This document shows, piece by piece, positions 43,801 to 57,566 of a stretch of DNA of 64,000 bases. The position numbers and the translations under genes were made by a program. The DNA comes from Eledone cirrhosa (Eukaryota): contig OZ024740.1 of the NCBI GenBank assembly GCA_964016885.1, positions 56,296,001-56,360,000 on the forward strand, written 5' to 3'. Positions within the stretch are counted from its first letter, which is position 1; every line of letters begins with the position of its first letter. The notes beneath the pieces were generated by a model. That model did no database searches, had not been told where the DNA came from, and saw only the letters and a program-made list of their open reading frames with translations.

Positions 43801-44085
43801 GCACTCGTGCAATGCCTGTGCGTGACGAATATTTTTAAAGTGAGGAAAGACTGTGCACTGAGCCAATCCCACTCTCTGAGCGACAGTAGCTATAACCCGA
43901 AAAGAAGAAAAGATCAACATCATCGGTAACTACTGAGCCGAAGGTTTTATGTCTGAGTTAATCCAGTTTCCTGAGATGCCTTCTCCTAGAAGAATGCCCT
44001 GACAAGGGCTAGGGGTTCTTCACTCCCAGTGGTTTAACTGCGCGATCGGGCATCCAGCCCGATTATTTCTATGTCCCCGCGCGCG
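43801..44085 (-). mobile_element. Non-autonomous RTE-related element (family C), interrupted; its other part is at 39830-39873
   Basis: The uninterrupted relative at 62692-63010 joins GATGGCTGCCCCCTCGTTATCGAGTATGGCCATTGCA to AATGCCTGTGCGTGA... through only a short AT-rich linker. Confidence 0.7.
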
Positions 44086-44627
44086 CAAAAAAAAAAATCA
44101 CTTATTGACACTTATACGTACGACACACACACGCGCATACATATGCGCGCACACAGCAACACTCATACATACAAACAAACACACACACGCTACTCTACTC
44201 ACTTACACACACACACATATATATATATATTACAGTCATTACTGATACAAGATTACAAGATTATGTCAACTGTTGACTTTCAAGAGTTTGTATAGTTGAA
44301 GCCGATCGTACTACAGTCCAGTATTATTATAATTGCTTTACAGCATAGAGTCACGGCCCTCCACGCTCTGAGCTCAAATCCCGCCGAGGTCAACCTTGCC
44401 TTTCATCCCCACGGAGTCAACAAAAGAGAGTACCAGTGATGCGCTGGCCAGTCGCTGGATCCGTGCCAAAAGCAGAACAATTATTATTAAAGTTGTTTTC
44501 TTAAGGCCCGGTCGCTGGAGATGGTGATGGCGGCGGCGGTAGTGGTGGTGGTGGCAGTTGATGTTGTTGTTGTGTTGTGTGCGTGTGTGTGTGTGTTTTG
44601 TTATTTTGAGTTTTTACATACATACAT

Positions 44628-45026
44628 GGTGGCTGCCAACTCGTTTTCGAGTACGGCCACTACTTTATATCCATGTATGAGAACCCCTACCGATGCGCTG
44701 AACGAGTGTGACTTTTAAGTCCAGCCAGCGACTTGAAAACTCTGGTACAAACACTACACTTGTGACAATTATTGACTCAGTGCAGGGCCCATGGTACCAT
44801 GTGACGACAAGTGCAGAGAGATCTCCAGATACAAAGCAATGCTTGTGCCGTGAAGCTTTTATAGTGAGCAAAGGCAATGCACAAAGCCAGTCCCACTCTC
44901 TTAACCAAGATGATATTTACCAAAAAGAAGAACGAGTCAACATCATTGGATACCATCAGGGTTGCAGGTGTTATATCAGAGTTTTCCTTCTCCTAGAATT
45001 CTGCGTTGACAAAGGCTAAGGGGTCA
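44628..45026 (-). mobile_element. Non-autonomous RTE-derived element (family A)
   Basis: Near-identical to 38555-38968. Confidence 0.8.
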
Positions 45027-45104
45027 TACATACATACATACATACATACATACATACATACATACATACATACATACATACATACATACATACATACATA
45101 CATA

Positions 45105-45468
45105 CAAGTATAAAAGACCAGATATAATGATATGGGACAGGGAAAAGAAGGCATGCACAGTAGTGGAAGGTAGCTGTCCAGCAGATGGCATTACAATATT
45201 TAAGATGAGCGAAAAGGAGAATATCTATGCAGAACTAATGAGGAATCTGCAGATACTCCACTCTGACTGTACCTTCAGATTTATACCTGGGATTATTGGG
45301 GTACGGGGTGCATTAGTAACTGCCCACTACAAATCTTGAGAAGCTGGGCTTCAAAGAATCAGAAAGAACACAACTAGTTAGGAAATTACTGGTACAATCC
45401 ATTAATTGGACAGTAAAAATATGTAAAGCATTCCAAAACTTCTGCATGTAATAACTGCATATACACAA
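45105..45468 (+). mobile_element. R4/Dong-like LINE 3' fragment (restriction-like endonuclease region)
   Basis: KRPDIMIWDREKKACTVVEGSCPAD... is homologous to NRPDIVVWDHTLKTCSGVEISCPLD at 61.7 kb. Related pieces at 39295-39425 (+) and 39648-39745 (-). Confidence 0.8.
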
Positions 45469-45704
45469 CGTTAAGGGAATTTCAACTTTCCGGCCTCCTA
45501 TCGCTTTATTCTATAATATATATATATATGTATGTATCTTGTTATACTTGGGGAGGGTCATATTGTTATAATATTGCCAGAAATAATAACAGAACACACT
45601 CACTGTTTGATTTGTGTTGGTTTCGGCTTCTATATCTTTCATATTCCCATAGTTAATTTATTTGGCAATCAATGTTCATCATTGATTGACCAGTGGTTAA
45701 ATAC

Positions 45705-45751
<47 letters not shown>

Positions 45752-45853
45752 ATCAAAGTTCTTTCGTTGCACATCTGCAACATCATCAGTGGTACTATTA
45801 TGTTTCCTCCCATTGTATTGTAATGTCTACGTCATTTTTATTCAATTTATATG

Positions 45854-46596
<743 letters not shown>

Positions 46597-46597
46597 A

Positions 46598-46655
<58 letters not shown>

Positions 46656-46695
46656 AGAGTAAAACAAAGAATCCTTTAATACATCAAAAGTTTTT

Positions 46696-46740
46696 ATTAG
46701 CCGACAATGTTTCGTCCTATTAAGGACTCATCAGGGCAAT
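46696..46740 (-). ncRNA. Minimal type-I hammerhead ribozyme, canonical core
   Basis: Exact reverse complement of 47585-47629. Confidence 0.85.
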
Positions 46741-47223
46741 CGAAACAACAAGAGGTAATTTCGGCAGATACAAGCCAGAAACTCTGAAGAATATGGAGTT
46801 TACATACACTAATGTCTTACAAAGATATACGATAATAAAAATGAAGATAAAAATAATAAAATTATAATAACTAAGGATGTAGATAACATTAAGAACCATA
46901 TTACAAATATAGTCCAAAGTCACCAACTTAAATCTAAACAAATTTGGTTATATAGAGCAGGAATTATATATAACACAGTATAATACATTATAATAATAAT
47001 ATATCTATACCAACACTGAAATTCCAAATCAAAAATCAAAAGGTACAATATATACTGTTTATTATTTATTATAAGTGTTTCTTGTAATTATTGCCTCATG
47101 TATATTGGGTAGATGTATTAGCATTATTTTCACTATTACCATGCTTATTTTTGATATTTTTGATGTTCAAACTTCCAATAGGGCTTAATTTCTGTGTAAT
47201 AGAAAATAGATATGTGTATTGTA

Positions 47224-47257
<34 letters not shown>

Positions 47258-47584
47258 ACATATATACATGTATATATTGTACCTTTTGATTTTTGATTTG
47301 GAATTTCAGTGTTGGTATAGATATATTATTATTATAATGTATTATACTGTGTTATATATAATTCCTGCTCTATATAACCAAATTTGTTTAGATTTAAGTT
47401 GGTGACTTTGGACTATATTTGTAATATGGTTCTTAATGTTATCTACATCCTTAGTTATTATAATTTTATTATTTTTATCTTCATTTTTATTATCGTATAT
47501 CTTTGTAAGACATTAGTGTATGTAAACTCCATATTCTTCAGAGTTTCTGGCTTGTATCTGCCGAAATTACCTCTTGTTGTTTTG

Positions 47585-47629
47585 ATTGCCCTGATGAGTC
47601 CTTAATAGGACGAAACATTGTCGGCTAAT
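47585..47629 (+). ncRNA. Minimal type-I hammerhead ribozyme, canonical core
   Basis: auugcc-CUGAUGA-GUCCU-uaau-AGGAC-GAAAC-auu-GUC-ggcuaau. Stem I gcc/ggc, 5-bp stem II, 2-bp stem III, GUC triplet (predicted cut after 47622). Confidence 0.85.
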
Positions 47630-47961
47630 AAAAACTTTTGATGTATTAAAGGATTCTTTGTTTTACTCTCTTAATTTTTCGGCTCTGCTTAACTGCATTG
47701 AGCTATACCTTTTACTGTCATTTCTATAATACGAAGAGGGTGTTTGACTCAAACACGCTCCAGTATTCTAATCCTTATATATATATATATATACATTTGT
47801 GTATATACATTTGTGAACATTATTTTCCCAATTTGTAGAAAGCTTATAATGAAACGATCGTTTGGAAAGAGAGATGTATTTTAATTATGTCTCATATAAA
47901 ATAATACAACTGGCTATCCGCAAAATACGTATAGTTAGCACCCCAAACCTTTCTTATATCG

Positions 47962-48077
47962 AGGATGAAAGGCAAAGCTAACCTCGGCGGGATTTGAACT
48001 CAGAATGTAAAGGACCGTAACTATATGTTGCAAGGCATTTTGCCCGACGCTCTACCGATGCTGCCAATCCACCGCCC
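47962..48077 (-). mobile_element. SINE 5' half
   Basis: Reverse complement of the SINE head with A and B boxes. Confidence 0.85.
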
Positions 48078-50154
48078 TATTGTGTGTTTAATAATGTATA
48101 TTGTTGTTGTGTGTGTATGTCTGTTTTTTCGTGAATTGCATATGAAATATATGAAAGTTGACTACCCACATTTTTGAGGGACGAATACAGGGGAATAGGG
48201 CCAGAGGTTGACTGAAAAGGAGATGTACAGGTGATATTAAGAAATGGACAGGAAGGAGTTAGCGGAATGTACAGCAATGCAAGAGAGAGGAAAAGATGGA
48301 GAGTGCTGGTCCATAGGTCCATGAACCTCCGACCCTCAGATATGAGGACGGGATGAGAAGGAAGGATATGAAATTATGAATATATTCAATAAAAGAAACA
48401 TTACCATTCGTCTGAATCCGAGCATATCTCGTTATTAGCAAAAGAACTGGAAGAGAGAAAAAAAAGGAATAACAATAAAACCATTTTCCTAAATAATTAT
48501 TTTTGATATAGTTAGAAATTGGTGGGTGTGAGAATTACCCATTATATTGGCCCCAGTATATCATTTGTACTTTATTTTACCGACTTTGTACCCATGAAAG
48601 CAAAGTTGATCTCGGCGGAATTTCAACTCAGAACGCAATTAGCTCTAACTAAAAACTGCAATGCTATTCTGCCAATCGCCACATTCATTTTCCTAAGTAA
48701 TAGAAAAACAAAGATATGCTTGAAAATATTCCAAAGTGTAATGAATTATAAAATCACTGAAGTTAAGATGAGCAATCAATAGCAATCATGTCAGCTTGAA
48801 ATGACCTTAAAGCAAAGTTATTACAGACACAGAGAGGCTTCTCCTTATTAGACGCCCAATAAATATTTCAAATTTTCTCTGCAACCCCAATGAGTTGTTG
48901 TTGCTGTTGCTAGAATTCATGTTGTTTAGCCCTAGGTCAGTTTTATTCAAACAGACGTATGGTCAGTGGCATTCCAGTAGTTAGTATGTGGTATTCTATC
49001 CACACTTAGTAGGATGTTATACAATGTAAAGTGTATGCTGTAAGAGAGAATTGGTTGCTATTTAAAGTCCTCCGTATATAGCCTATCTACGTACAGCTAA
49101 ATCACATAAATGAAATAGCATTGATTGAGTATAATTATCCATATATGATATAAATATTTATATGGTAGGGTAGAGCCAGGTTAGATGCTATATGGTATTT
49201 TATTCAATATGCCAAACCTATATGATAAGAAACAAATGTAATTATTAAAACCGTCTTGCTTATATTTATTCACGTTTTTCCTGAATCATAAGAATGAGGC
49301 AACAGCTATGACAAGTTTCCAGGCCTCCAAAACTAGTGAGGAAAAAGAAGGAAGAAAGGATGAAAGAAATGCAGGTATCCTCAAACAGGAGGCCTGGTTC
49401 GAATTCTTGCAGCAGAACGGATTCTACTGAAGGCATCTAAATAGCAGGTGTTTGGGCAAACCAGATGATGTAATAAGATTAACACTCATGTAAGCTACAG
49501 AAAACTTTGAACTCAGAACGCAAGGAGCTGGAAGAAATGGTGTCTCTTCCGGTGTTCTATCAACTCTATAATTCCACCACCTTGGACTGGTAGTTTATTT
49601 TATTGACGCGATAAATTATAATTATAAGCGTGTATCATAACAAAAACGTGTGCATTTTGCATAGGTGTTTGATACAATATAGATATTTACGGCCTCTACT
49701 TTGTTGTATTGCATTACTACATTTCTGTTGATTTCAGGGCGAAAGGGTGAGGGGGAAGAACATACTGAATATACTTGCTTGAATAATACCTCAACTAGGA
49801 GACAGACACTGTAGTTAGATAACCATAAGCTGTATTTGTGAAACAGACAATTATTGAGCGTTAAATCTTAAATCATTAAAGACTGTTGAGAAATTCCATA
49901 ATGCCTTCTGGAAAATCGGTATAGAAATATGGATACAAATATAAGTTATTGTCTATAAATTACCTACTGTCATATACAACACTGAATATTACGTATTTCA
50001 GTGATAATTCAAATTGTTATCTATACTATTCTTAATTTCTCATAACGGACGGTGCTTCTGTCCAAGATATGCTGCAAAAGAAAACTCCCAAAAGAGAGTT
50101 ACAGTGGTTTAATAATGGAGAAGACAGGAAAACAATATTAAGACAATAACCTAC

Positions 50155-50293
50155 CTTGGTGTAATATCAAGAAATCTGCCATTGAAATCGTGCCTACTAA
50201 TGTATTGAATCTGCATAGTCTCGGCAAATATAGATATCTCCTTATAAAGAGGTTGAATGACGGGTTTAAGAATGGCAATCAGCCAAGTCTCCT
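50155..50293 (-). CDS. bHLH-PAS-type gene, visible exon 3 of 5: end of PAS-A, linker, start of PAS-B
   Basis: Acceptor tttattgctgccag, donor AG|gtaggt. 139 bp, phase 1 to 2. Encodes (E)ETWLIAILKPVIQPLYKEISIFAETMQIQYISRHDFNGRFLDITP(R), with the SRH motif typical of the PAS-B start. Confidence 0.9.
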
Positions 50294-52940
50294 CTGGCAG
50301 CAATAAAAAGAGGAATAAAAAATTGTGGTAATTAGAGCGAGTGACTAATATAAGACATTTAATAATAAATCTAAAACTCATTTCACATAACTTACATTGA
50401 TGAATCATTGATATTTACATTGGCTGTCATATTTTCTATGTTAGATTATAATTTGATCTCAGCAAAGAACGAAAGATGCGCTGCTAGACAATGGCATCTA
50501 ATTACCGTCAAGAGAGTCTACTCCATTTTGTTAAAACTCCATACTAGAGAAGACTCACTCTAAAAGCAATCTTTCGCTATTATATTCTCCATCACATATC
50601 TACTTAAAGTCAGAATATTTCATAGCATTTATTTTGCTGTATTAACTATAAAGCGTGTTTACTACATTCTAAACAGTAAGAGTGCTAATGTAAAGTAATC
50701 ACAACTCTTAAAGATTGCTCTGTATAATTATATATTTTCCTTTAAATTCAATCATCTCACTCTGAAATCAATCCAACTCTTTTATCTTTTATTCCTTGAA
50801 TTTTCGTTCAGCTTCTTTTATTATGTGTTAGAGGATGATCGTGCAGGATATGAAATATGTAAGTTTAAATTTAGCTTATGATCATAATATTAATAAATGT
50901 CCGACAGTAATTCTTCTTCAGAAAAAATAAAGTCATGAGACGTTGACCTTATGCACGATCATTATTGCCAAAAGTTTAAAACAGCTTGTGAATTAGTTAG
51001 CAGGCCAGCAAAGGAGCATTTATGTGGTAGCTCGTTGTATTGGAAATCACAATCAAATTCCCTCAAATTTCATACTGCTGCCTTAAGAAAAAGATGGGTT
51101 TGGCTATGTATTCTGGGATATATGGAACCATATAAAGCAATATGGAACATCTTTTATCATAGATGTGTTCAATTAGAGTTAGTTTGGAATCAAACAACAA
51201 GAAAAATGACGGCAACTTTTTTATTTATTCGATATAATAAAATATTACCTCTTCAACAAATGTGATATTATTGCATAATTTTCTCCATTCAGAAAGTATC
51301 GGTGAAGGTGTCTATGCTTTTTTATTTATTTCTGTAGTATCGGAAATCAAATGAAACTGCCTCAAAATCGAAGGAAATCAGAATTATGAAGCTTACATTT
51401 GATTTGCACCATATATGTTTTGTTTTATTTAACACTAAACTACAAATATGTAAAAAGAGGAATATAATCAATTAAATCAACCTCAATTTATATACCTTGT
51501 ACTTAGATTTAATCCCTAGAGCAGGGATGTGCAAATATTTTATGTCCTACGTATTTAATTTTACCCCTGACCCACCTGTATATTATATCATCTTACGAAT
51601 AAAAACGGTTTGCTGCTCTCAATGAGCACCTTAATCACCCATCTACGACAGCTTCTGATTTAGAGGAATGAATAACAAAGATCGGCCTTGACAAAAGTTG
51701 GATTGATAGTGTAGAACTATTTTAAATATTGTTATGATTTAATTGGATACATACTGTTTTTATGCAGGTACTAATCATAAAACGTAGAGAAAATTTGTTT
51801 AAAACTGCGTTACATTCATATTGTAGATGCAATGGAAAGAATACATGTTATAACTTAATATTATTTATAACCAACCAGTAATGTGTCATAGAAAAATTCA
51901 AATGTCCTCTATTCAATGATTCAAACTTACTAATCATGAATAACAGTATACGTAAATTCATACATGGAAAATGTATATTATTAAAACAACCTGTCTGGAA
52001 TTCTCCAGATTTCTGTGTCACTCTCTTTGACAATTTCAAATTCTAGCAAGTCATTAAATACTTGTTTAGCAATCAGAAAGGTAGCTTCTACTAGTAGCCA
52101 GGCCTCACACAACTGATTGTGAACCACAATTCATAATATTATGAGAGTGTGATCACGGGCTTGTAGTCACACCGACATCTTGTAATCTCTATGTCCGTAT
52201 TACTGTTTGTGTGCATTGTTATTCGAATTCAGTCAGCTGACTTTAAACGAGTAAAGCTACGAGATAGAAGCATACTTGTTCGTCGTCTATGGCAACACTA
52301 AACAGGGTTATTCAACAAAAGCAGCTAATGTTTATTTACTATGAATAGATTAATTGTTAAGATATACAACTTAAAATGTTATGAAGTTGCTTATGAAGAT
52401 TAACTGGCGACTAAAAAAAATAACTTATTAAAACAAGATAGGTACCTCAGCAGGGGTAGAGAAAGAGAAATCTAGGGAAAGGGGTAGAGAGAGATAGGGA
52501 AAAGGAGAGAGAGGGAAAGAGAGTAGGAGAGAGAGGGAAAGAGAGTAGGAGAGAGAGTGGGAGAGAGAGATTAACGGGCGCTTTACAGTGTAATCTGTGA
52601 TACAGCCACTCGTTAAGAGTTAGACATGTGCTTCAGAGATTATATAGAGAATCATGGAAATTACAGACTCCAAGATTTACGCCAGTTACTATTATCCCAG
52701 TCACAAATAATTCATGTTAGCAATGCTATATGAGAGAAGATATTCATTCACAGGAAAATAATAATAACAACATGCTCAAGAATTCTTCACGCACCATGAG
52801 AGCGGCATCTCGAAAACAAATTATGCATTGTGGTAATCATTGACACAATTCTAATTGGTGGCATTTAGTGGTAAACCACAAGGTTACTGTCTATTTATTT
52901 GCATACTAATTAATGAATTTCTTTATTATTATTACGATAA

Positions 52941-53123
52941 TTGTTTCTACTTTTGGCACAAGGCCAGCAATTACCCAGTGTATTACTGGTACTTTATTTT
53001 ATCGACCCCGTAAGGATGAAAGGCAAAGTTAACCTCGGCGGGATTTGAACTCAGATCGTAAAGGGACGTAACTACGCTGGAAAGCATGTCTGACCCTCTA
53101 CCAATACTGCCAATTCACCGCCC
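52941..53123 (-). mobile_element. Full-length tRNA-derived SINE
   Basis: Reverse complement of the SINE consensus. Flanked by TTTATTATTAT..GATAAT duplication. Confidence 0.92.
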
Positions 53124-54534
53124 TTTATTATTATGATAATAATAATAATTATTATTGTTATTATTTTAGTTTTCGTATATTGACACGTGTGTGCCAAACG
53201 TCCCGTAAAGTTGTTTTTTTATTTATATTTGATATTGTTTGGGGGGGTTAAAGCAACCGTGATCCTCGGTTGGTTTTATTCTGTCTGTAGCCCTCAATGG
53301 TTAAATCTGAATTTATTGTACAAATACACCCCTCAACATCATGAAAAAAACATAACAGAGGAGAAAAAATCGCCCAAAGAGAACAGCCGGCTGACAACAA
53401 AATGATGGCTGTTAAGTAAGTGGTCCTACTGTCATGATTGTATATCTCTTGAGAGACATTTGTACTATTTGCTGTGTTTGTGACACCTTGAAGGTGCTGG
53501 TGCCCAAAATCTCCCTAGATGTTTCTATGTCCTCCCATTGTGTTACAAAGGACATCAGTTATTCGGTTGCCCTCCTTAGTAGCACAAAGTTCGGTGTGTG
53601 TGTGTGTGATTGATTTATGCTCTGTCTGTGTCTTGTATGTTTGTATTGTTCTTGTCGCTGTTTTTTATTTGTGAGTAGTTGTAGTTGTGGTGGTGATGAT
53701 GGTAGAGTCGGTGTATTTAGTGTGGGTGGGTTCTTTCTGGAGTCTGTATTAGGGTAATTTTCTTTTAGTGTTTGTCTTTTCTTTTTGAATGTTAGTGCTT
53801 CTCTTCATCTTCACTGCGAGATGAGCAGGTACTCGTGTCTGAGAAATCTGACTCGGATGATTGGTGGGACTGTTTATGTAGGTGTCTATGTGTTTTTAAT
53901 TGTTTAGAAGGGAGAGGGGACAGTGAGAGCTGCGCTGGAAGGCCCACTGGGTGGATTTCTTAATTGTTGTTTTATGTTATTGTTTATGGTGGTTCTTCTG
54001 CTGCTGGCCTCGTTTTGTTGGTTCTGGGGCTGCTATCACTGCAGGGGTTAATGAAAAAAAGTTCTAAATAAAACAGGAAAGCTTTTTTAGTAGGGAACGG
54101 AAATTAAAGGGACGTGTTTGTCGGGTCCCGAATTCTTAGAGAACGATGAATTTGATCGAATTCTTTCGAAAAAATAAAAGGTAGCTTGGAACAATTTTCG
54201 GCTGGTGTCTTAGAATTGTCTTGGAAATCACAGAACGATAAACTACCAAGAACTTGTGTAAAATATATTGTTTTCCTATCAGCGATTGAGCTGTAATATG
54301 TCCTTGAAGATCCACTTATTTCAATCACAATTGGATTTCATCTTGATTTCATATTGATATTGTAGCCATGGAAAAACCACAGCAGAGTAAATGACGGCCA
54401 AATATATTAGAAGATTACTGTTGGTTAGTTTTAAAAAATAGGACAGAACTACTTGAATACAAGAGGAAGACTAAACAATGTTGTGTAATCAACATGAAGT
54501 GAGTGTCATTTTTTGTATCATTATTAGTTATTAG

Positions 54535-54832
54535 GGCGGTGGATTGGCAGTATCGGTAGAGGGGTCGGACGCCATACTTTGCAGCAAAGAGTTACGGCCC
54601 TTTATGGTCTGAGTTCAAATCCCGCCGAGGTTAACTTTGCCTTTCATCCTTACGGGGTCGATGAAATAAAGTACCAGTAATGCACTGGTATAATTGCTGG
54701 CCTTGTGTCAAAAGTAGAAATAATTATTAGTTATAACGGTTAACTTTGCCTTTCATCCTTACGCGGTCGATAAAATAAAGTACCAGTAATACACTGGTAT
54801 AATTGCTGGCCTTGTGCCAAATGTAGAAACAA
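54535..54832 (+). mobile_element. SINE with tandemly duplicated 3' half
   Basis: Full copy 54535-54723, then a repeat of GGTTAACTTTGCC...GTAGAAACAATT at 54738-54832. Confidence 0.9.
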
Positions 54833-55839
54833 TTTTTAGTTATATTTTATGATAATTAGAAAGTACGATTGCACTATGCAATGGTGCAATACATTGTATA
54901 TTATCAAAACAGTTTTATTATATTACGTATACACTGCATGTAGTGATGCGCTATATTCTCATTAACGTTTTAATTAACAGTGAAACAATGACTTCGATTA
55001 CACGACCGGGTTATGCAAGAAGAAAGGAAGAGTGGGGGAGAGAGAGAATGTAGTGATGCGCATTCTTCTTGCTGCTTCTTTTCTTTTCCTCTCCCCTTTC
55101 CTACCGCCGTTATTGCTTGTCACTCCCTCTTGCTGCCACCTTCGCAGCGCCAAGGCTTTCATTGTCCTATATAGCAGCGACTTGGTAGCGAGAAGACGCA
55201 TTTTAGTTCTCTTTCTTTCTGATCTGTCTACCTAATTTGTTAATTTTATCACGCAAACATAATACCAACAGAGATACTTAGTTTTTTGCTGCACGAGCAA
55301 ACAATTTTATGTGGTCCTCTTAATTTAAATGGTGTGAAACCACGGTCGGTCTAAGAGCTGATGACGTAAAAAGTGTGCTCTTGTCTCGTCCATTTTCTTC
55401 CTTTTCTCCTTTCTTCCTATCACTTCTGCGAATTAACACACTTCTAGCAGCTGATTTCTGTCCTTTGAGGTATATTTTACCCGACGCTGTCATTAACGGC
55501 AGTTTTGCTGTTTTAACAGCTTCCTTTCGTTGAGTTCTTCTCATTATTCTACAAATTCTAATACACTCGCGCTTCTATTCGATTTTCGAGAAAACTTTGT
55601 TTATATATATATAAATGTGTGTGTGTATGTGTGTGTGCAAACATACATACATATATACATACAGAGAGAGAGAGAGAGAGAGAGAGGGAAAGAGAGAGAA
55701 AGAGTGAAGGATCTTAAATGGCAAGCTTTTTGCTAGCTCCGGCACCTAAAAAATGGTAGCCTTGCACTCCTGCTTGTTAGAACAGATTTTTTATACTTGC
55801 ATCACCAATGAATCAATTGTACTATTTCTTCAAACTTAG

Positions 55840-56050
55840 GGGTGGGGGATTGCCAGTATCGGTCGATATTCGGACAATAAATACACTTTGCGATATATGT
55901 TTACGGCCCTTTACATACTGAGTTCAAACCCTTTGCCTTTCGTCCATACGGCCGTCAATAAAATAAAGTACCAGCAACGCACTGGTGTCGATTTAATCGA
56001 CTTTCCCCTCTCTCAAAATTGTTGGCTCTATGTTAATTCAGAAACCATTA
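55840..56050 (+). mobile_element. Older diverged SINE copy
   Basis: GGATTGCCAGTATCGG...GAGTTCAAACCC...AAATAAAGTACCAG. Confidence 0.7.
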
Positions 56051-57214
56051 CATCTTCAAATATATTTGAGGTTGCTTTTTGTGGCTAGTGCTGCTGTTGC
56101 CAGTGCTGCTGTCACCGCTTCTGGGATTACCTTGGGGGAAGAAAACTGTAATAAACAAGAAAATCAAATTTTTTGTTTTGTTTTTTTTTCTGGTTTAATG
56201 TAACTAAGAGTACATTATGAAATAGCTCCTTCAAGTTTTTATGACCTTGGAATGTGATTTGAGAAACATTTGACTGCTATTTCTTTCAGGTTTTGAACGA
56301 CGTAGAAGGTTTCTCATTAGAAGTATATTTTTACCATACAGAAATCTAATATTTGTTCTTGGTGTTGGCATTTTGACCCAGGTTAACTATGATTGAGTAG
56401 TTATATGATTAAAGACATTCCTAACGTGAATATTCCATCATTTTAATGACTAACGCTATATCATTTGATATAGCTTTTCCTTATTGAAGATAATATAATG
56501 CGAATTGAATGAGATTTGGCTGCTATATTCTAGTAGTTGATTGACACATAGTGGCTCTCTCATTTGCAGTTATTTCTCAAGGCATTAATGTATTTAATTT
56601 TGTCATATAATTTCTGAGTCGAATTCTCACTGGCACCAAATTTGAATTTTGTTCTTACTTCGTCGATAATATACATCTGGTATATATGAAAATATTTGAG
56701 TAAATCCTTGAGTGATTATGCACTAATGTTCTAAGAGCCTGAACGGAAATGGATTGTGAAGTATTGTGAGGTATTTTGAGGTATTTTGACGCGATCAACC
56801 TTATTTTAATGTTTATTTATGGAGGGATAGCAGTGCTTGTTTTGTGACTCCTTTCAGAACTTTTCATATTAGTGGAAAAGATGAAGGCATTCTCAAACTG
56901 AAGACCTGGTCCGAATGCTTACAGCAGAGTGAATTCCACTAAAAACTTCCAAAGGCAGTGTTAAACTTGGCGACCGAGAATCGTTAACTTTACATAAAAC
57001 ATTGTTAAACCTTTATAAAGATTTAGATTTGGAGTTTTTCAAAAGTAACATTTGTAATCTGCCGTTTGAAGTAAAACATCATTTTAATATTAGTTACGTA
57101 TATTTAAACAGTCAAGCAGACAATTAATTTAGTATGTGAATTCTACTTTTAGATGATAAGGAAACTGTTCTGAAGAAATCACTTAAATTTCTTTAGAATG
57201 TAATAAATATTTAC

Positions 57215-57355
57215 CTTTCATTTCGATTTTCCCTTCAGATTTACAACATTTAATTTGACCCATAGCATGTAATGTTTCGTATAAACATGGATGAAATTTA
57301 TTTTTCTTGATCAAACGGATCGTAAATTCTTTGTGGTTTTGTAAGCGACCTCTCT
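57215..57355 (-). CDS. bHLH-PAS-type gene, visible exon 2 of 5: PAS-A middle strands
   Basis: Acceptor tttttttttag, donor AAG|gtaaat. 141 bp, phase 1 to 1. Encodes (E)RGRLQNHKEFTIRLIKKNKFHPCLYETLHAMGQIKCCKSEGKIEMK (F-x-x-R-L...Y-E-x-L-H-x-x-G). Absent from the ORF track. Confidence 0.85.
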
Positions 57356-57566
57356 CTAAAAAAAAATAAATGCATTTTAAGATTAATAGTTTTTTTTAAA
57401 ACTATGTGATTTTTATGTGTTTCTGAAATTTCTTTTGAAGTTGAGGATCAATTAACTTTTAATTAGTAACTTTAAGTATTTAGTACACACAGAATAGGGT
57501 CAAATAAATCAATATATTGGTCAATATCTACAATAATATTAATTTATACATCTCCATATATATGCA

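Larger units (their letters stand above)
46652..47673. mobile_element. 404-bp inverted repeat (46652-47055 / 47270-47673, 214-bp spacer), probable inverted terminal repeats of a non-autonomous Penelope-like element
   Basis: Arms are reverse complements with one noticed mismatch (mirror ORFs 46720-46941 and 47384-47605 differ by one residue). Each arm carries a hammerhead core. Confidence 0.85.

Noticed and set aside
51991-52042. Candidate extra exon (NLKLSKRVTQKSGEFQT) of the PAS gene
   Set aside because: Weak acceptor and wrong entry phase. Exons 57215-57355 and 50155-50293 already join in frame with complete PAS-A motifs.
53186-54330. Possible degenerate LINE ORF1 or 5' region on the minus strand
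   Set aside because: Only compositional similarity to the Tx1-like ORF1 region, with no recognisable motif.
56052-56145. Possible micro-exon or short exon on the minus strand
   Set aside because: Splice-like signals exist, but the reading hits a stop or has only a weak donor, and the PAS alignment does not need it.
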